Below, piece by piece: positions 24,624-34,795 of a DNA stretch of 59,528 nt (its first letter is position 1; each line of letters begins with the position of its first letter). Source of the DNA: a virus (Duplodnaviria; Caudoviricetes). The stretch is taken from positions 1 through 59,528 of IMG/VR virus record IMGVR_UViG_3300025151_000039. One strand, 5' to 3'. The notes beneath the pieces were generated by a model that was not told the DNA's origin, ran no database searches, and saw only the letters and a program-made list of their open reading frames with translations. Made by a program: the position numbers and the translations under genes.

Positions 24624-27600
24624 TTATTTTGTACAAGATTTAGATATTTTTCTATAAAACTCAGCGCCATCTCTAAGGATTTCTTTCCTTTTCTTAAAGC
24701 CTAATTTACGACTTCTACCCATAAACTCATTCTCAACAATTTGATCATTTTTAAGCTTTTTAGACCTGTTGTTAACTATAATATCACTAACACCCTCTGG
24801 ACCTCTTTGCGAAGCTCTAATGTCTTCAGCATATCTATAGGCATCCGTAGGAGATAGGTATCTTTCACCATTAATAAATTCGTTAATAGCTCTTATCTGA
24901 TGATCAGCTCCAAGGCCAGTCTTAACATCTCTATTTAATGATGCATTTTTAAGTCTATTCATTAGTCGATTTTTAGGATTATAAGAGAAGTCCATATTCA
25001 TTAAAGGAAGTCTATCATAACTATTATTCATATATGCACGACTCTGCATAGAAATAACCTTTCTTAATACATCTCCAAACATCATTGCCGTATCATGGTG
25101 TAGCTTAGTAAAATTGGTTTTATTACTAGCTTCATTCAAGTAGGTCATAACCGCTTTAGAGATCCCTGGGACTTCATAATAAGCGGCATCATAAGCATCG
25201 TAACCATCATGTATCTTATATTGAGCAACAACCTTTCTATTTATCTCAGGAGAAAGCATTCGATATACAAGCGCTTCTACTGCTAAAGGATCTGTAGGGC
25301 TAATACTTAGACCGTGTTTAGTTTGATTTCCACCTGTTAAATATTGATGAACTAAATTCCTTCTAGCAACACTTAACGCCATAGGATCTCCTTTGTGCAC
25401 ATCTGTTAAAGCGCTAAATTCATCTCTAAAAGAATCATAAAGAGGTTTAATTACAGACTCCATCTTGTTTCTATCAAAAACAACGTCTCCGCTTGTTGGC
25501 ATTGTATTAAAGGCTTGGTATTTTGATTTTAATATCCTGTTTTGCTCGGGATGAGTAATTTCAAATCTTCTTCCATTCATTATAGCGATGTCACTTTTTG
25601 CAATAGGAAGCCTATTAGTAGAGCCTTTTCTAATAACCTGCTTGATATTCTTACCCTTACTATCCCATACTACGTAAGTGTTCTTACCAGCATTATACTC
25701 ATTAGCTCCAAAACCCTTATTAAATGTAACTTTATTAATATCTTGCATTTTATCTATTTCAGACCCAAGTACCATCTGTAAGTCAGAGGCAGCTTCATTT
25801 AGTTCATTTAGGGATTTTCTAACACTTTGAAGTTCTGCCTCTCTATCGTACTTAGAATTTGATAAATAGCTTTCTTGCGATTTTAAATATCTTATTTTAT
25901 CATTAAGTTTTGATAGTTCAACAAAAGAGCCTTCTTGTTTGACATATTTATATAAATCTGAAGCTAATGTAGATGAATAATCAGTTTCATTTAATAGCTT
26001 ATTTTCAGCTTGAAGTAGTATTTTAGATATTCCAAACGTATCATTTGCATTTTTTCTGCTATAATTAGAGTTATATATCCTAGCTAATTGATCAGTAGCT
26101 ATGTCAAAAGGATTTCTTGATATTTTAAAATAATCCTGAACCTGCTTAATGCCTGAAGTAAGATCTACAGAAAGATCTGTATCGTCTGTCTTCCCAAGCT
26201 TTGTATTCCAGTTATTCTTAGGATCAAAAGAGTTCTCTAAGTCTAATCTTCCAAAGTAAATATCTTTTAACTTTAAAGCTTTAGATGATACACCATCAGA
26301 AACTTCACCTCTATTATATCTTAAATATTTTGATAACGGAGATATTACTTTAAAATTAATAAAATCTCTAACACTATCTCTATCTCTAATAGAAAGAACT
26401 TTTTGCTCGTTTTTGGTATCAACCATTTCAAATATGCCATTAAAATCTCTACCTGCTTCACTAGACCAAGATCGTCCTTTTCTAGTACCAAAGAATATGT
26501 CACTTATAAACATCTCTATCTGGTCTGCAGATGGCGGTTTTTCATAACTATCAATAAACTCTTTTGTAGCGCCAGATATTTCGCCAACAGCATCTAAATA
26601 AGCATCAACATCTTTCATTCTTAATGTATACTCTTGAGTACCCATCTTAACTCTTCCTAGCTCACCATTCATCCCAATTGCATTTTGGAGATATGTAAAT
26701 ATATTATGAAGCTTAACAAATCTTCCTCTAGTAACCAGCGACTGCTGTTGAACACTTCCCCAGTTCCTTATATCAGCACTGTTCTGAATGTTTGTATCAA
26801 ACCTTTCTAGTAATAAATTTAGATTAGATTGACGAGCTCCATAACCACTTCTAGCCGCTGCCTCAAAAAGCAGGCGAGAAGGCATTGCTCCGTAAGCGCT
26901 TGATTTGTCAAAGTCAAAATCTGCATCTTGTGGAGATATTGCATCTATTATATTCTGACGCCCAATATTACCTACATCAGTATGCTCCTCGACATAATTA
27001 ACCGCTTGATCTTTTAATTCTCTTATAAGTTTTTTGTGAGCATCGCTACCCTCTATATATATGACCTTATCATCACCTCTCCTTTTACCATCTTTGTTGA
27101 TAAACATATCTCGCAATATATAAGAGCCATCTTTTCTGCGTTTAATCTTTTTAGCGAATCTTAATTTACCACCTCTAGCTATTGCCCCTTGCTGCATTGA
27201 CTCTAGCTGTCTTTGAGCTTCTATTGGAATATAACGGTTATTCAGGCCTGGAGACACAATCCAAATATCCAGAGGCTCGCCATCTGCTGATTTTATAGTA
27301 GGATGCTCTCTCATATCTACATGAACATCATATATTTTTTTACCAGAGCTATCACGATACACAGAACCTTTTGTTCTTCCTTTTGGATCAAGAGGGAGTA
27401 CATCTCCTTGAACACCTGCTCCTTTTGTTTTAGAAGGAGGTACTACTTTGTTAATAACAATATCATTTATCTCATTACGAGGCTGTCTATTATTAGCCAT
27501 TCCTATGTTAATCTTGTTTGTAAAACCAAGGTTGTCAATTAAGTTTTGAACTTGATAGTTGGTCAAAGCAACTTCTTCTCCATGCTCTGAAGCTTTGCGA

Positions 27601-30600
27601 ATATCATCTATTTCTTTGGAAATTAAATCGTCTAAAGCTTTATACTCGTCAAGAATATCTTTTCTTACTTTTGCATTATAATCTTTACTGTCTTTGTTCC
27701 CTAATTTTTCCAGATCTTTAGGCTTAGGGTCTCCTTTTTTAGAAGAAGCTAGAGGGTCTCTTAGCGAGCCATTCTCCATTAACTCATATCCGTCTACCAT
27801 TATAGTAAACTTTTTACCCTCTCTACCTTGTCCTAACTCAGGAATAACAATCATATCAGATGAGATTTCAGTATCTTCAAACATCCCTTTAAATTTCTTT
27901 CCAGAAAATATAAAGAATCCACCTGACCCAGGATCAGAACCGTCGTGAATACCAAACCTTGAAAAGTCCATAGACATATGTCTAGAAGAAGGAGAATATG
28001 TACCAAAAAATCTTTGTGAATATTTTTCACTAGTCATTCCATTGATACTTTTATTAGACTCAACCAATCTAATAGGAAGTGATTGCTCTGAAATTTTCCC
28101 ATGTAAATCAGGAGCCATTGGTGCATAATCTGATGAAAATGCTTCACCTGATGCAATCTTGCTTTGACTAAAGAAGTGAGTAAACAGCTTATCTGCAGAC
28201 ATATCACCCATCCAAGAATCCAATATTAAGCCACTAGTTTCCATCACAGCTTCAAGTGGAGAAGAGTTTAAATAATTATCACCTTCTATTCGTTTTAAAT
28301 CTAAAAGTTTTTGAGTTATTCCTGTAAGATTTTCAGGATTAGTATTCATCTGTCTAAGTACAGTTCCGAAAGTATGTAAGGTTTTATCAAGACCTATATG
28401 ATCTCTAACGCCTAAATCGTGAGGAAGATGAACGCCAATATTAGCTCCAAAATTAGCATTATGCTCTCTACTTAAATTGCCTATTGTAGTAGCGTTATAA
28501 GGAACCTCTATTATCATATCTGAGTTAGTAGAGCTATTAATATAATCCCCTATATTTTCTACCATAGTGTTTTTTACATTACCCGGAGTATCAATCATTT
28601 TGGCAAATCCACCGTCTGTTTCACCTGCTTTTCTATGTCTATTGACTTTTGCCCCGGTATTAAATGCTAGAGCATCTGCACCCGCTTCTTTTAACATTAA
28701 GTCTATAATTGGATCGTAGAAAAAAGCTGTTTTATTATAGAACATACTAACAGCACCATCTTGCATTACTTCAGAATATCCAACTTTTGGTTTTATCGCG
28801 CCAATCTTAACACTGCTTATGTTGCCATCACCGTCTAAGTTAAACCACTCTCTTCGTGCACCTATAGTAGATAGGAATAATAAATAATCTTCCTTTGTTA
28901 AATAAGTGGGAGCATCTGTAGCACTTTTAGCAACTTTAGCGTGTCTGTCTTTAACTTGCTTTATTTGCTCTGCTGTTAGATTGTGATCCGCAGCTCTGTC
29001 ATTTAAGAATTTATCTAAAATTCTATTACTATCAAATACAGATCCATCAGACTCATCATTAATAACTAAATACTTTTGCTTTTTCTTTACACCTGCAGCA
29101 TCACCGATTCTATCAAGCTGTGTTGTAATTTCTTTTATCCAAGGATCTGTATTAGTATCAACTTTATTATATACATGCCGTAAAAGACCGTAATAATTAT
29201 CCTCTAATACCTTTCCATTCAAAGAGCCTATTAATTTTCTTCTTTTAACTAGGTTGGCATCTGCTTTTTGAGCTTCTGCTTTTGTATATAAAGGCATTGT
29301 AACTGACTGATATATCATTTGTATTGCATCAGCTAGGTCTGTATTAGACATGTCTTTACTTGTAAACCTAGGGTCAATGTCTTGGCCTAATAAATCCTTT
29401 AATTCTTTTATCTTACCACCTTCAGACAGAGACTCTCTGACGTAATTAACAGCTTTTTCAGTTGGAACTAATAAAGTTACAGACTCATTTAAATAAACTC
29501 TAGTCATCGCTTCTTTTTCTACAACATTCTCAGCTATAGATTTTAGCTCAGCATCAGAAGTACCTTCCAGCATAGCTTGAACCCTGGTTCTTCTAGAGTC
29601 TTTTTGAAGCTCTCCAGACTGCAGCCTAGCATCCATATCTATAGATTCTTGATTACTAGGTAGTATGTCATCTTTCCAAGTTTGAGTGCCATCTTTCAAG
29701 GTTACAGGAGATTTGATTACTTTATCCATTAAATACCAGTCAGATGACCCTATGAGATCAAACATCTTCATAATACCGTGGCCAGCATCAATAACCCTAT
29801 CCTTACTAAACTCTAGATGAGTGCCATGATATGCAAGTTTTTTAACTTCTCTTTTTGTAGATGCATGCATTATCTGTAATACATCTGTTACCAAGTCAGA
29901 AGTAAGAGGTTTTGCATCAGGCATAACTGCGGGACCCATTTCAGGAGAGTATCCTGTAGTAGCTCGCTCTATTAAAATGTCTGCAGTATCGTAGAGAATG
30001 CCTAAAGCACCGGCCTCATCTCCTTGCTTCATATAGCTTTCATAAATATCAGAAGTATTTTTTATAATCGTCTGAACATCTGAAGTAGGCAGGTTGTAGT
30101 TATTAGCAAATTTATCTATCGTTGTTGTAACATCCATTTCATGATGCTTATCTTTCAACTCAGGACGAACTTTGTCTAGCTCTTTCTTAATATTTTCTCT
30201 TAGAAGATGGTAGTTTGTTTCGTTTCCTGCTAAATTATTTTGAATATCTGTTAAGAAATGAGTAGTCAATGCATTATTTTTCCAAGCCTTAGCAAGGGCT
30301 GCATCAAAAGTATCAACACCTTCTTTCGTAGCTTTTTGTATAAACTTATTTATCTGATCAACAAAATCGCTTTTAGTTATTGATGTTAGTTGAGCAATTC
30401 TTTCATAATCTCTCAATATAAATAAATCAGATATATGATTCTTAATATCATCAAGCTCTTTTAATAAAGCTCCAATTTTTTTAACCCCTTCATCCTTTAA
30501 GTTTTGATTTACAAACTCATTGTCTGCTATTAAAGATTTGTTTTCTTTTAAAGAATTTGCAATTTTTCCTCCAAGAGCAGATACATCTTTTATACCTCCC

Positions 30601-33600
30601 AAGGCATATCTTGCTTGAGATCTTCTTAAGAATGCAACCATTTCAGTTCCAACTGCGTCTTTTCCAACTGCATTTTTAATTGTTTTTAAAGTGTTTTCTC
30701 CACCAGAAAACTTAAGCATATTAGATGTCCCTGCAGCGTCTACAGCACTTTCTAGTGTTCTGTAAAACTGCATAAGCTCATTAACAACATCGACATCTTG
30801 GCCATCATTAATCAAGAATCTTTCCAACTCTTTAGATGAAGGCATTTCATATCTTCCATTTCTTTTTGTAGCAAAATAATCTCTAATTGGAGAAGCTGAG
30901 CTACCACTTGAACTGAAATCAGTTATAAGAGAAGATATACCTTGAGAAATTGAGAATCTTGCATCACTATCTAACAATCTTAGGTTATTAATAAACTCAC
31001 TTTGCATATAGTTTTTAACATCACTAAAGCCTTTATCACTAAAAGTGTCAATACCAAGGGTGCCTTCAGCGACTTTTTTAAGCTCATTTATCTTTTCTAA
31101 TGATATTTCTGACACACCTTTATCAGCATTACCTCCTGAAGCAGCATGCAGCTCTTTTACTCTAGTTAAAAAAGTATTAGCTTCTGCTATAGCTTCTGCA
31201 CTAGCATTGGAGTCGCCTATAAGTATTGATGTATTAGAGCCTACTCTGATTTCTTGAAGCTTGTCTCTTAAACGCTGGGAAGCTTCTTTATCTAAAAATG
31301 TCATTTTGTTAAGAGAAATATCTGAAAATATAGAAGCTGCGTTTATTGACTGCTCTAAAGTTCTTCCTTGAACATAAGCAGCCCTCATAGTTCTATCTGA
31401 AAGTATATACTTATCAATATAGTTATGCTCTTGGTTGCCCCATATTTCATACTGCATTGTTTCATTAGCGTTTGTAAACGCTTTTTCAATCATCGCAACT
31501 CGTTCAGGAGTTAGATCTGCAAGCTCTCTTTTGCCTCCAAGCTTAATAGTTCCATCAGCAACACCGTCTCTAACTAAAGTATTTAATACATCGGCAATGA
31601 TAACACCATCTTTAGATTGAAATTTAGCGCCATTGATATTTGTAAAATCCGGTATCGTCATCCTGCCATTTGAATCAAATTCAATAGTTTGACCTGTTAG
31701 CTGTTGATAAACATCTCGAACAAAATTCCCTGTAGCTGCACTATAAGTATCACTTGTCTTTACAATCGCCTCAGCTTCGATCTCTCTTAGAGTCATGTCT
31801 ATATCTTTAGAATCTCTGACAGCAGGTATGCTATTTAGTTCTTTAATTACCTGGCCAGCACCATCTTTAGACATTAGTTTTTGCAAATAATCTTTAGACA
31901 CAACGTGATTGTCGTAATGATTAAATACCTTTAAAGCTTTATTATACTTTCTTTGAGCATCTGCTTGCTGATCTGCAGGTAAAGACCTAACCCAGTCCAT
32001 GCCGGCAAGTTCAAAAGATTGAGAGTCTGGGCCTACATCACCTATCTCTTCCATGTGAGTATACTCTTTGCCTAAAACCTCATCTATGCCTTCATAGCTA
32101 GATGTTTTTAATAACTTAGTCTTTATAATATTTTGACCATTTGACTGCTCTCTAAAGAAGCCAGTTTTTTGTAATGGCTCTAACATTGAAAGTGATTTTT
32201 GCATTTGATCAACAGCTTCTCTGCTAGCTAAAACTCTTTGTTCGTAATCCTTTCCACCTCCTGGTCCTAGAAATCTTTTAGGCCCTTTAGTGCTATGCTC
32301 GAACATCCAAAATCCACCTTCTGTATTATGAGTACTTCTTCCACCTTTAGATAGGACCATGCCCATCATCATGTTGGTTAGTATTTCAGGAGTATCTGAG
32401 CCTAATGCATTCCATACTTTCCAGTCACCACCTGTTGCTTTATAGTAATCAGCAAAAGCAGGTATATTCATGGCGACACCACCTGCAAGCATTCTAGGTG
32501 TACTTCCCCAGACATCTCTCATGAGCTCACTACCAATATTATTTCTTAATCTTTTTCCAAACTCTTTCCTAGTATCAAACATCATTTTACGGAGCTCTTT
32601 TGTTTTAACACCTTTATCAGCAGCATAATCAAGAAGACTTTTCTTTCCTAGCGCTTTCTCAAACAATAAAGATACTTCTCCTTTAGATGCTCCAGGGACT
32701 TTAGATACTTGATCTATAAAGTGTAAAGCATTGCCCATTTCTCCTCTAGTCATATTCTTGATAGGTGTATAAGACTTTCTTACAGCGGACCAATTATTTT
32801 TAATGTCATCCCATAATCCTACTCTACCACCTTTAATTAATCTAGCCGGGCCAGTAATACCAAACATTAAAGCATGGTGTTGTATATTTCGGATTCTCTC
32901 ACCTAGATCACCTTTTAAGGCTATTCTATGCTCTTCGTTTTGAGGAAGATTTAGAAGAGAGTCATCTATTGTGCCTTTCTCTCCATATACACGCTTCATA
33001 GCTTCTTCTGTGCCCATTTTAATTAATTGACCAGCGCTATGATATGTAATACCAAGTGTCGCCTCGGCTAAAGCCGCATCAACAACTGCTTTAAATGTTT
33101 TATTTTTCATACCTAAAGGAAGCGCATCTGCTAATCTTTCAGTGCCCATTCCTATTAATTTATGATAATCTCTAGAATTGTACTTTAAAGCTTTTTGAAC
33201 AATGCCTGATGCTAGTTCTTGAGCGGCTTCTGTAGATATTTTTTCACCACCTTCTTTTAAAATAGCAGCGCTTATATCATCTGTAGCTTTAGTTATAGCT
33301 TGCATGTTATTTTTAAATACACCTCTATTGCCAACTTCAGATAGCATTTCCTGGCCAATTTTAATATATGGTTGTAATCCAGCCTCAAAAGCCTCTTTAG
33401 ACCCAGCTTCTACTCCTTCACCAACTATTTGAAATGCTTTAGGGATATTATTAGTTACTGTTGCTGTGGCATATTTATCTGCAAGCTCAGAGCCCATTCT
33501 CTTTTGCAGGCCTTTAGATATAGGACTAGCTACTTTAGACAATGTGTTTGACCCAGCTCCTAAAAGCTTACCAGCCCAGCCGAATGAAAAAGCCATTCCC

Positions 33601-33986
33601 AGTCCTTGACCAAGTATATAACCCACTCTTCCTGAAGCAGACTGCTCTTCCCATGGGCGATAAGTACCAAAAGCTATTTTTTCTCTAGCTGCTTGCCCTT
33701 TTTCAGTCAAAGCGGCAACATCTAGCGCTCCCCACGAGGCTCCAGAAGCAGTTCCCCATACTACATTACCGAGGAAGTCTTGAACCATACCTGTGTCAGA
33801 TTCAGTAACTTGCCCAGGATTTGATAGAGCTTGATATTCTTTCATAAATAAAGAATGTGCGTCTGAATTTTGACTTATAGGCTCATCCGCGTTAATATTA
33901 AAAGAATCAGGATTTTGAACACCAAATTTATTAACCTTATTTAGCTCTCTTAAAAGCTCCATTTCTTCCATTAATGTTCTAGCCAT
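24624..33986 (-). CDS. Giant virion protein with putative double-psi beta-barrel RNA polymerase (crAss/phi14:2 gp66-like)
   Basis: DAD2356FDFD2360K catalytic-type loop, upstream R2167QP, and DALAFNTGAK1780V / YNKTAF lysine-containing segments; located among internal virion genes. Confidence 0.75.
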   Translation of the reverse strand: MARTLMEEMELLRELNKVNKFGVQNPDSFNINADEPISQNSDAHSLFMKEYQALSNPGQVTESDTGMVQDFLGNVVWGTASGASWGALDVAALTEKGQAAREKIAFGTYRPWEEQSASGRVGYILGQGLGMAFSFGWAGKLLGAGSNTLSKVASPISKGLQKRMGSELADKYATATVTNNIPKAFQIVGEGVEAGSKEAFEAGLQPYIKIGQEMLSEVGNRGVFKNNMQAITKATDDISAAILKEGGEKISTEAAQELASGIVQKALKYNSRDYHKLIGMGTERLADALPLGMKNKTFKAVVDAALAEATLGITYHSAGQLIKMGTEEAMKRVYGEKGTIDDSLLNLPQNEEHRIALKGDLGERIRNIQHHALMFGITGPARLIKGGRVGLWDDIKNNWSAVRKSYTPIKNMTRGEMGNALHFIDQVSKVPGASKGEVSLLFEKALGKKSLLDYAADKGVKTKELRKMMFDTRKEFGKRLRNNIGSELMRDVWGSTPRMLAGGVAMNIPAFADYYKATGGDWKVWNALGSDTPEILTNMMMGMVLSKGGRSTHNTEGGFWMFEHSTKGPKRFLGPGGGKDYEQRVLASREAVDQMQKSLSMLEPLQKTGFFREQSNGQNIIKTKLLKTSSYEGIDEVLGKEYTHMEEIGDVGPDSQSFELAGMDWVRSLPADQQADAQRKYNKALKVFNHYDNHVVSKDYLQKLMSKDGAGQVIKELNSIPAVRDSKDIDMTLREIEAEAIVKTSDTYSAATGNFVRDVYQQLTGQTIEFDSNGRMTIPDFTNINGAKFQSKDGVIIADVLNTLVRDGVADGTIKLGGKRELADLTPERVAMIEKAFTNANETMQYEIWGNQEHNYIDKYILSDRTMRAAYVQGRTLEQSINAASIFSDISLNKMTFLDKEASQRLRDKLQEIRVGSNTSILIGDSNASAEAIAEANTFLTRVKELHAASGGNADKGVSEISLEKINELKKVAEGTLGIDTFSDKGFSDVKNYMQSEFINNLRLLDSDARFSISQGISSLITDFSSSGSSASPIRDYFATKRNGRYEMPSSKELERFLINDGQDVDVVNELMQFYRTLESAVDAAGTSNMLKFSGGENTLKTIKNAVGKDAVGTEMVAFLRRSQARYALGGIKDVSALGGKIANSLKENKSLIADNEFVNQNLKDEGVKKIGALLKELDDIKNHISDLFILRDYERIAQLTSITKSDFVDQINKFIQKATKEGVDTFDAALAKAWKNNALTTHFLTDIQNNLAGNETNYHLLRENIKKELDKVRPELKDKHHEMDVTTTIDKFANNYNLPTSDVQTIIKNTSDIYESYMKQGDEAGALGILYDTADILIERATTGYSPEMGPAVMPDAKPLTSDLVTDVLQIMHASTKREVKKLAYHGTHLEFSKDRVIDAGHGIMKMFDLIGSSDWYLMDKVIKSPVTLKDGTQTWKDDILPSNQESIDMDARLQSGELQKDSRRTRVQAMLEGTSDAELKSIAENVVEKEAMTRVYLNESVTLLVPTEKAVNYVRESLSEGGKIKELKDLLGQDIDPRFTSKDMSNTDLADAIQMIYQSVTMPLYTKAEAQKADANLVKRRKLIGSLNGKVLEDNYYGLLRHVYNKVDTNTDPWIKEITTQLDRIGDAAGVKKKQKYLVINDESDGSVFDSNRILDKFLNDRAADHNLTAEQIKQVKDRHAKVAKSATDAPTYLTKEDYLLFLSTIGARREWFNLDGDGNISSVKIGAIKPKVGYSEVMQDGAVSMFYNKTAFFYDPIIDLMLKEAGADALAFNTGAKVNRHRKAGETDGGFAKMIDTPGNVKNTMVENIGDYINSSTNSDMIIEVPYNATTIGNLSREHNANFGANIGVHLPHDLGVRDHIGLDKTLHTFGTVLRQMNTNPENLTGITQKLLDLKRIEGDNYLNSSPLEAVMETSGLILDSWMGDMSADKLFTHFFSQSKIASGEAFSSDYAPMAPDLHGKISEQSLPIRLVESNKSINGMTSEKYSQRFFGTYSPSSRHMSMDFSRFGIHDGSDPGSGGFFIFSGKKFKGMFEDTEISSDMIVIPELGQGREGKKFTIMVDGYELMENGSLRDPLASSKKGDPKPKDLEKLGNKDSKDYNAKVRKDILDEYKALDDLISKEIDDIRKASEHGEEVALTNYQVQNLIDNLGFTNKINIGMANNRQPRNEINDIVINKVVPPSKTKGAGVQGDVLPLDPKGRTKGSVYRDSSGKKIYDVHVDMREHPTIKSADGEPLDIWIVSPGLNNRYIPIEAQRQLESMQQGAIARGGKLRFAKKIKRRKDGSYILRDMFINKDGKRRGDDKVIYIEGSDAHKKLIRELKDQAVNYVEEHTDVGNIGRQNIIDAISPQDADFDFDKSSAYGAMPSRLLFEAAARSGYGARQSNLNLLLERFDTNIQNSADIRNWGSVQQQSLVTRGRFVKLHNIFTYLQNAIGMNGELGRVKMGTQEYTLRMKDVDAYLDAVGEISGATKEFIDSYEKPPSADQIEMFISDIFFGTRKGRSWSSEAGRDFNGIFEMVDTKNEQKVLSIRDRDSVRDFINFKVISPLSKYLRYNRGEVSDGVSSKALKLKDIYFGRLDLENSFDPKNNWNTKLGKTDDTDLSVDLTSGIKQVQDYFKISRNPFDIATDQLARIYNSNYSRKNANDTFGISKILLQAENKLLNETDYSSTLASDLYKYVKQEGSFVELSKLNDKIRYLKSQESYLSNSKYDREAELQSVRKSLNELNEAASDLQMVLGSEIDKMQDINKVTFNKGFGANEYNAGKNTYVVWDSKGKNIKQVIRKGSTNRLPIAKSDIAIMNGRRFEITHPEQNRILKSKYQAFNTMPTSGDVVFDRNKMESVIKPLYDSFRDEFSALTDVHKGDPMALSVARRNLVHQYLTGGNQTKHGLSISPTDPLAVEALVYRMLSPEINRKVVAQYKIHDGYDAYDAAYYEVPGISKAVMTYLNEASNKTNFTKLHHDTAMMFGDVLRKVISMQSRAYMNNSYDRLPLMNMDFSYNPKNRLMNRLKNASLNRDVKTGLGADHQIRAINEFINGERYLSPTDAYRYAEDIRASQRGPEGVSDIIVNNRSKKLKNDQIVENEFMGRSRKLGFKKRKEILRDGAEFYRKISKSCTK

Positions 33987-34795
33987 TATTTATCTCCATA
34001 AACATAACCATTAGGGTCCGCAGGTTTTTCTTGGAACTTACCATCAACATACATATCTTTATTAGTAAGCTTCTCCCATGTTTTCTTTTTTATATTTAAG
34101 TCTTTAATTTCATCTTCAATTTTCCACAAATCAGTTCTATCACTTTTTCCGTGCATATGAGTAGGCATTCCATATTCTTTTAAAGTTGTCTCTGAACCAC
34201 CATACACCTCTCTGTGAAGCTTTTTATTTTCAGCCCTAAGCGCATCCATACTTTTTGTTAGATCATTAATTAAATCGCCTTTAGGAAATACATTAAATGC
34301 GGTCCTAAAAAATCCTCCAACACCCGTATATGATTCTTCTAATGTATCGAAATCGCTCTGCATACCTTCAAGCTTTATTCTATTAGCTGCTATAATAGAC
34401 TCTTTATCTGAAATCTTTTTTATTTGCGCTTCGTGAATAGATTGAAGATTTTCTAAAGCGCTCTCTGCTCCTGTTATTTTGCTATTTAGATTACTTTGAA
34501 AGTTATAATCATTTAAAACCCTATCACTTGGTCTGTATTGGCCTACATTAGCAGGAGTAATTTGGTAATTTTCGCTTTTTGTTTCATTTCCAGGAGCTGT
34601 GTCTTTTACAGTTTTATATAAAGCAAATGTAAGACTATCATCTGCTGTCCATCCGCCTTCAGGCTTACCCACATCAAATGAGCCATAAAATTGATCTATA
34701 GTAGGATTATTAGGGGCATAGCCCTTAGACACCATCTCATTGTACAGGCTTGTAATTTCTTTTGATCTTTGATCGCTCATATTATCTTTTTCCAA
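33986..34795 (-). CDS. Coiled-coil putative internal virion protein
   Basis: 269 aa, translationally coupled to its neighbours. Confidence 0.55.
   Translation of the reverse strand: MEKDNMSDQRSKEITSLYNEMVSKGYAPNNPTIDQFYGSFDVGKPEGGWTADDSLTFALYKTVKDTAPGNETKSENYQITPANVGQYRPSDRVLNDYNFQSNLNSKITGAESALENLQSIHEAQIKKISDKESIIAANRIKLEGMQSDFDTLEESYTGVGGFFRTAFNVFPKGDLINDLTKSMDALRAENKKLHREVYGGSETTLKEYGMPTHMHGKSDRTDLWKIEDEIKDLNIKKKTWEKLTNKDMYVDGKFQEKPADPNGYVYGDK

Noticed and set aside
26922-27480. Intein in the putative RNA polymerase
   Set aside because: No C/S-start and HN-C/S/T end motifs, and no LAGLIDADG blocks.
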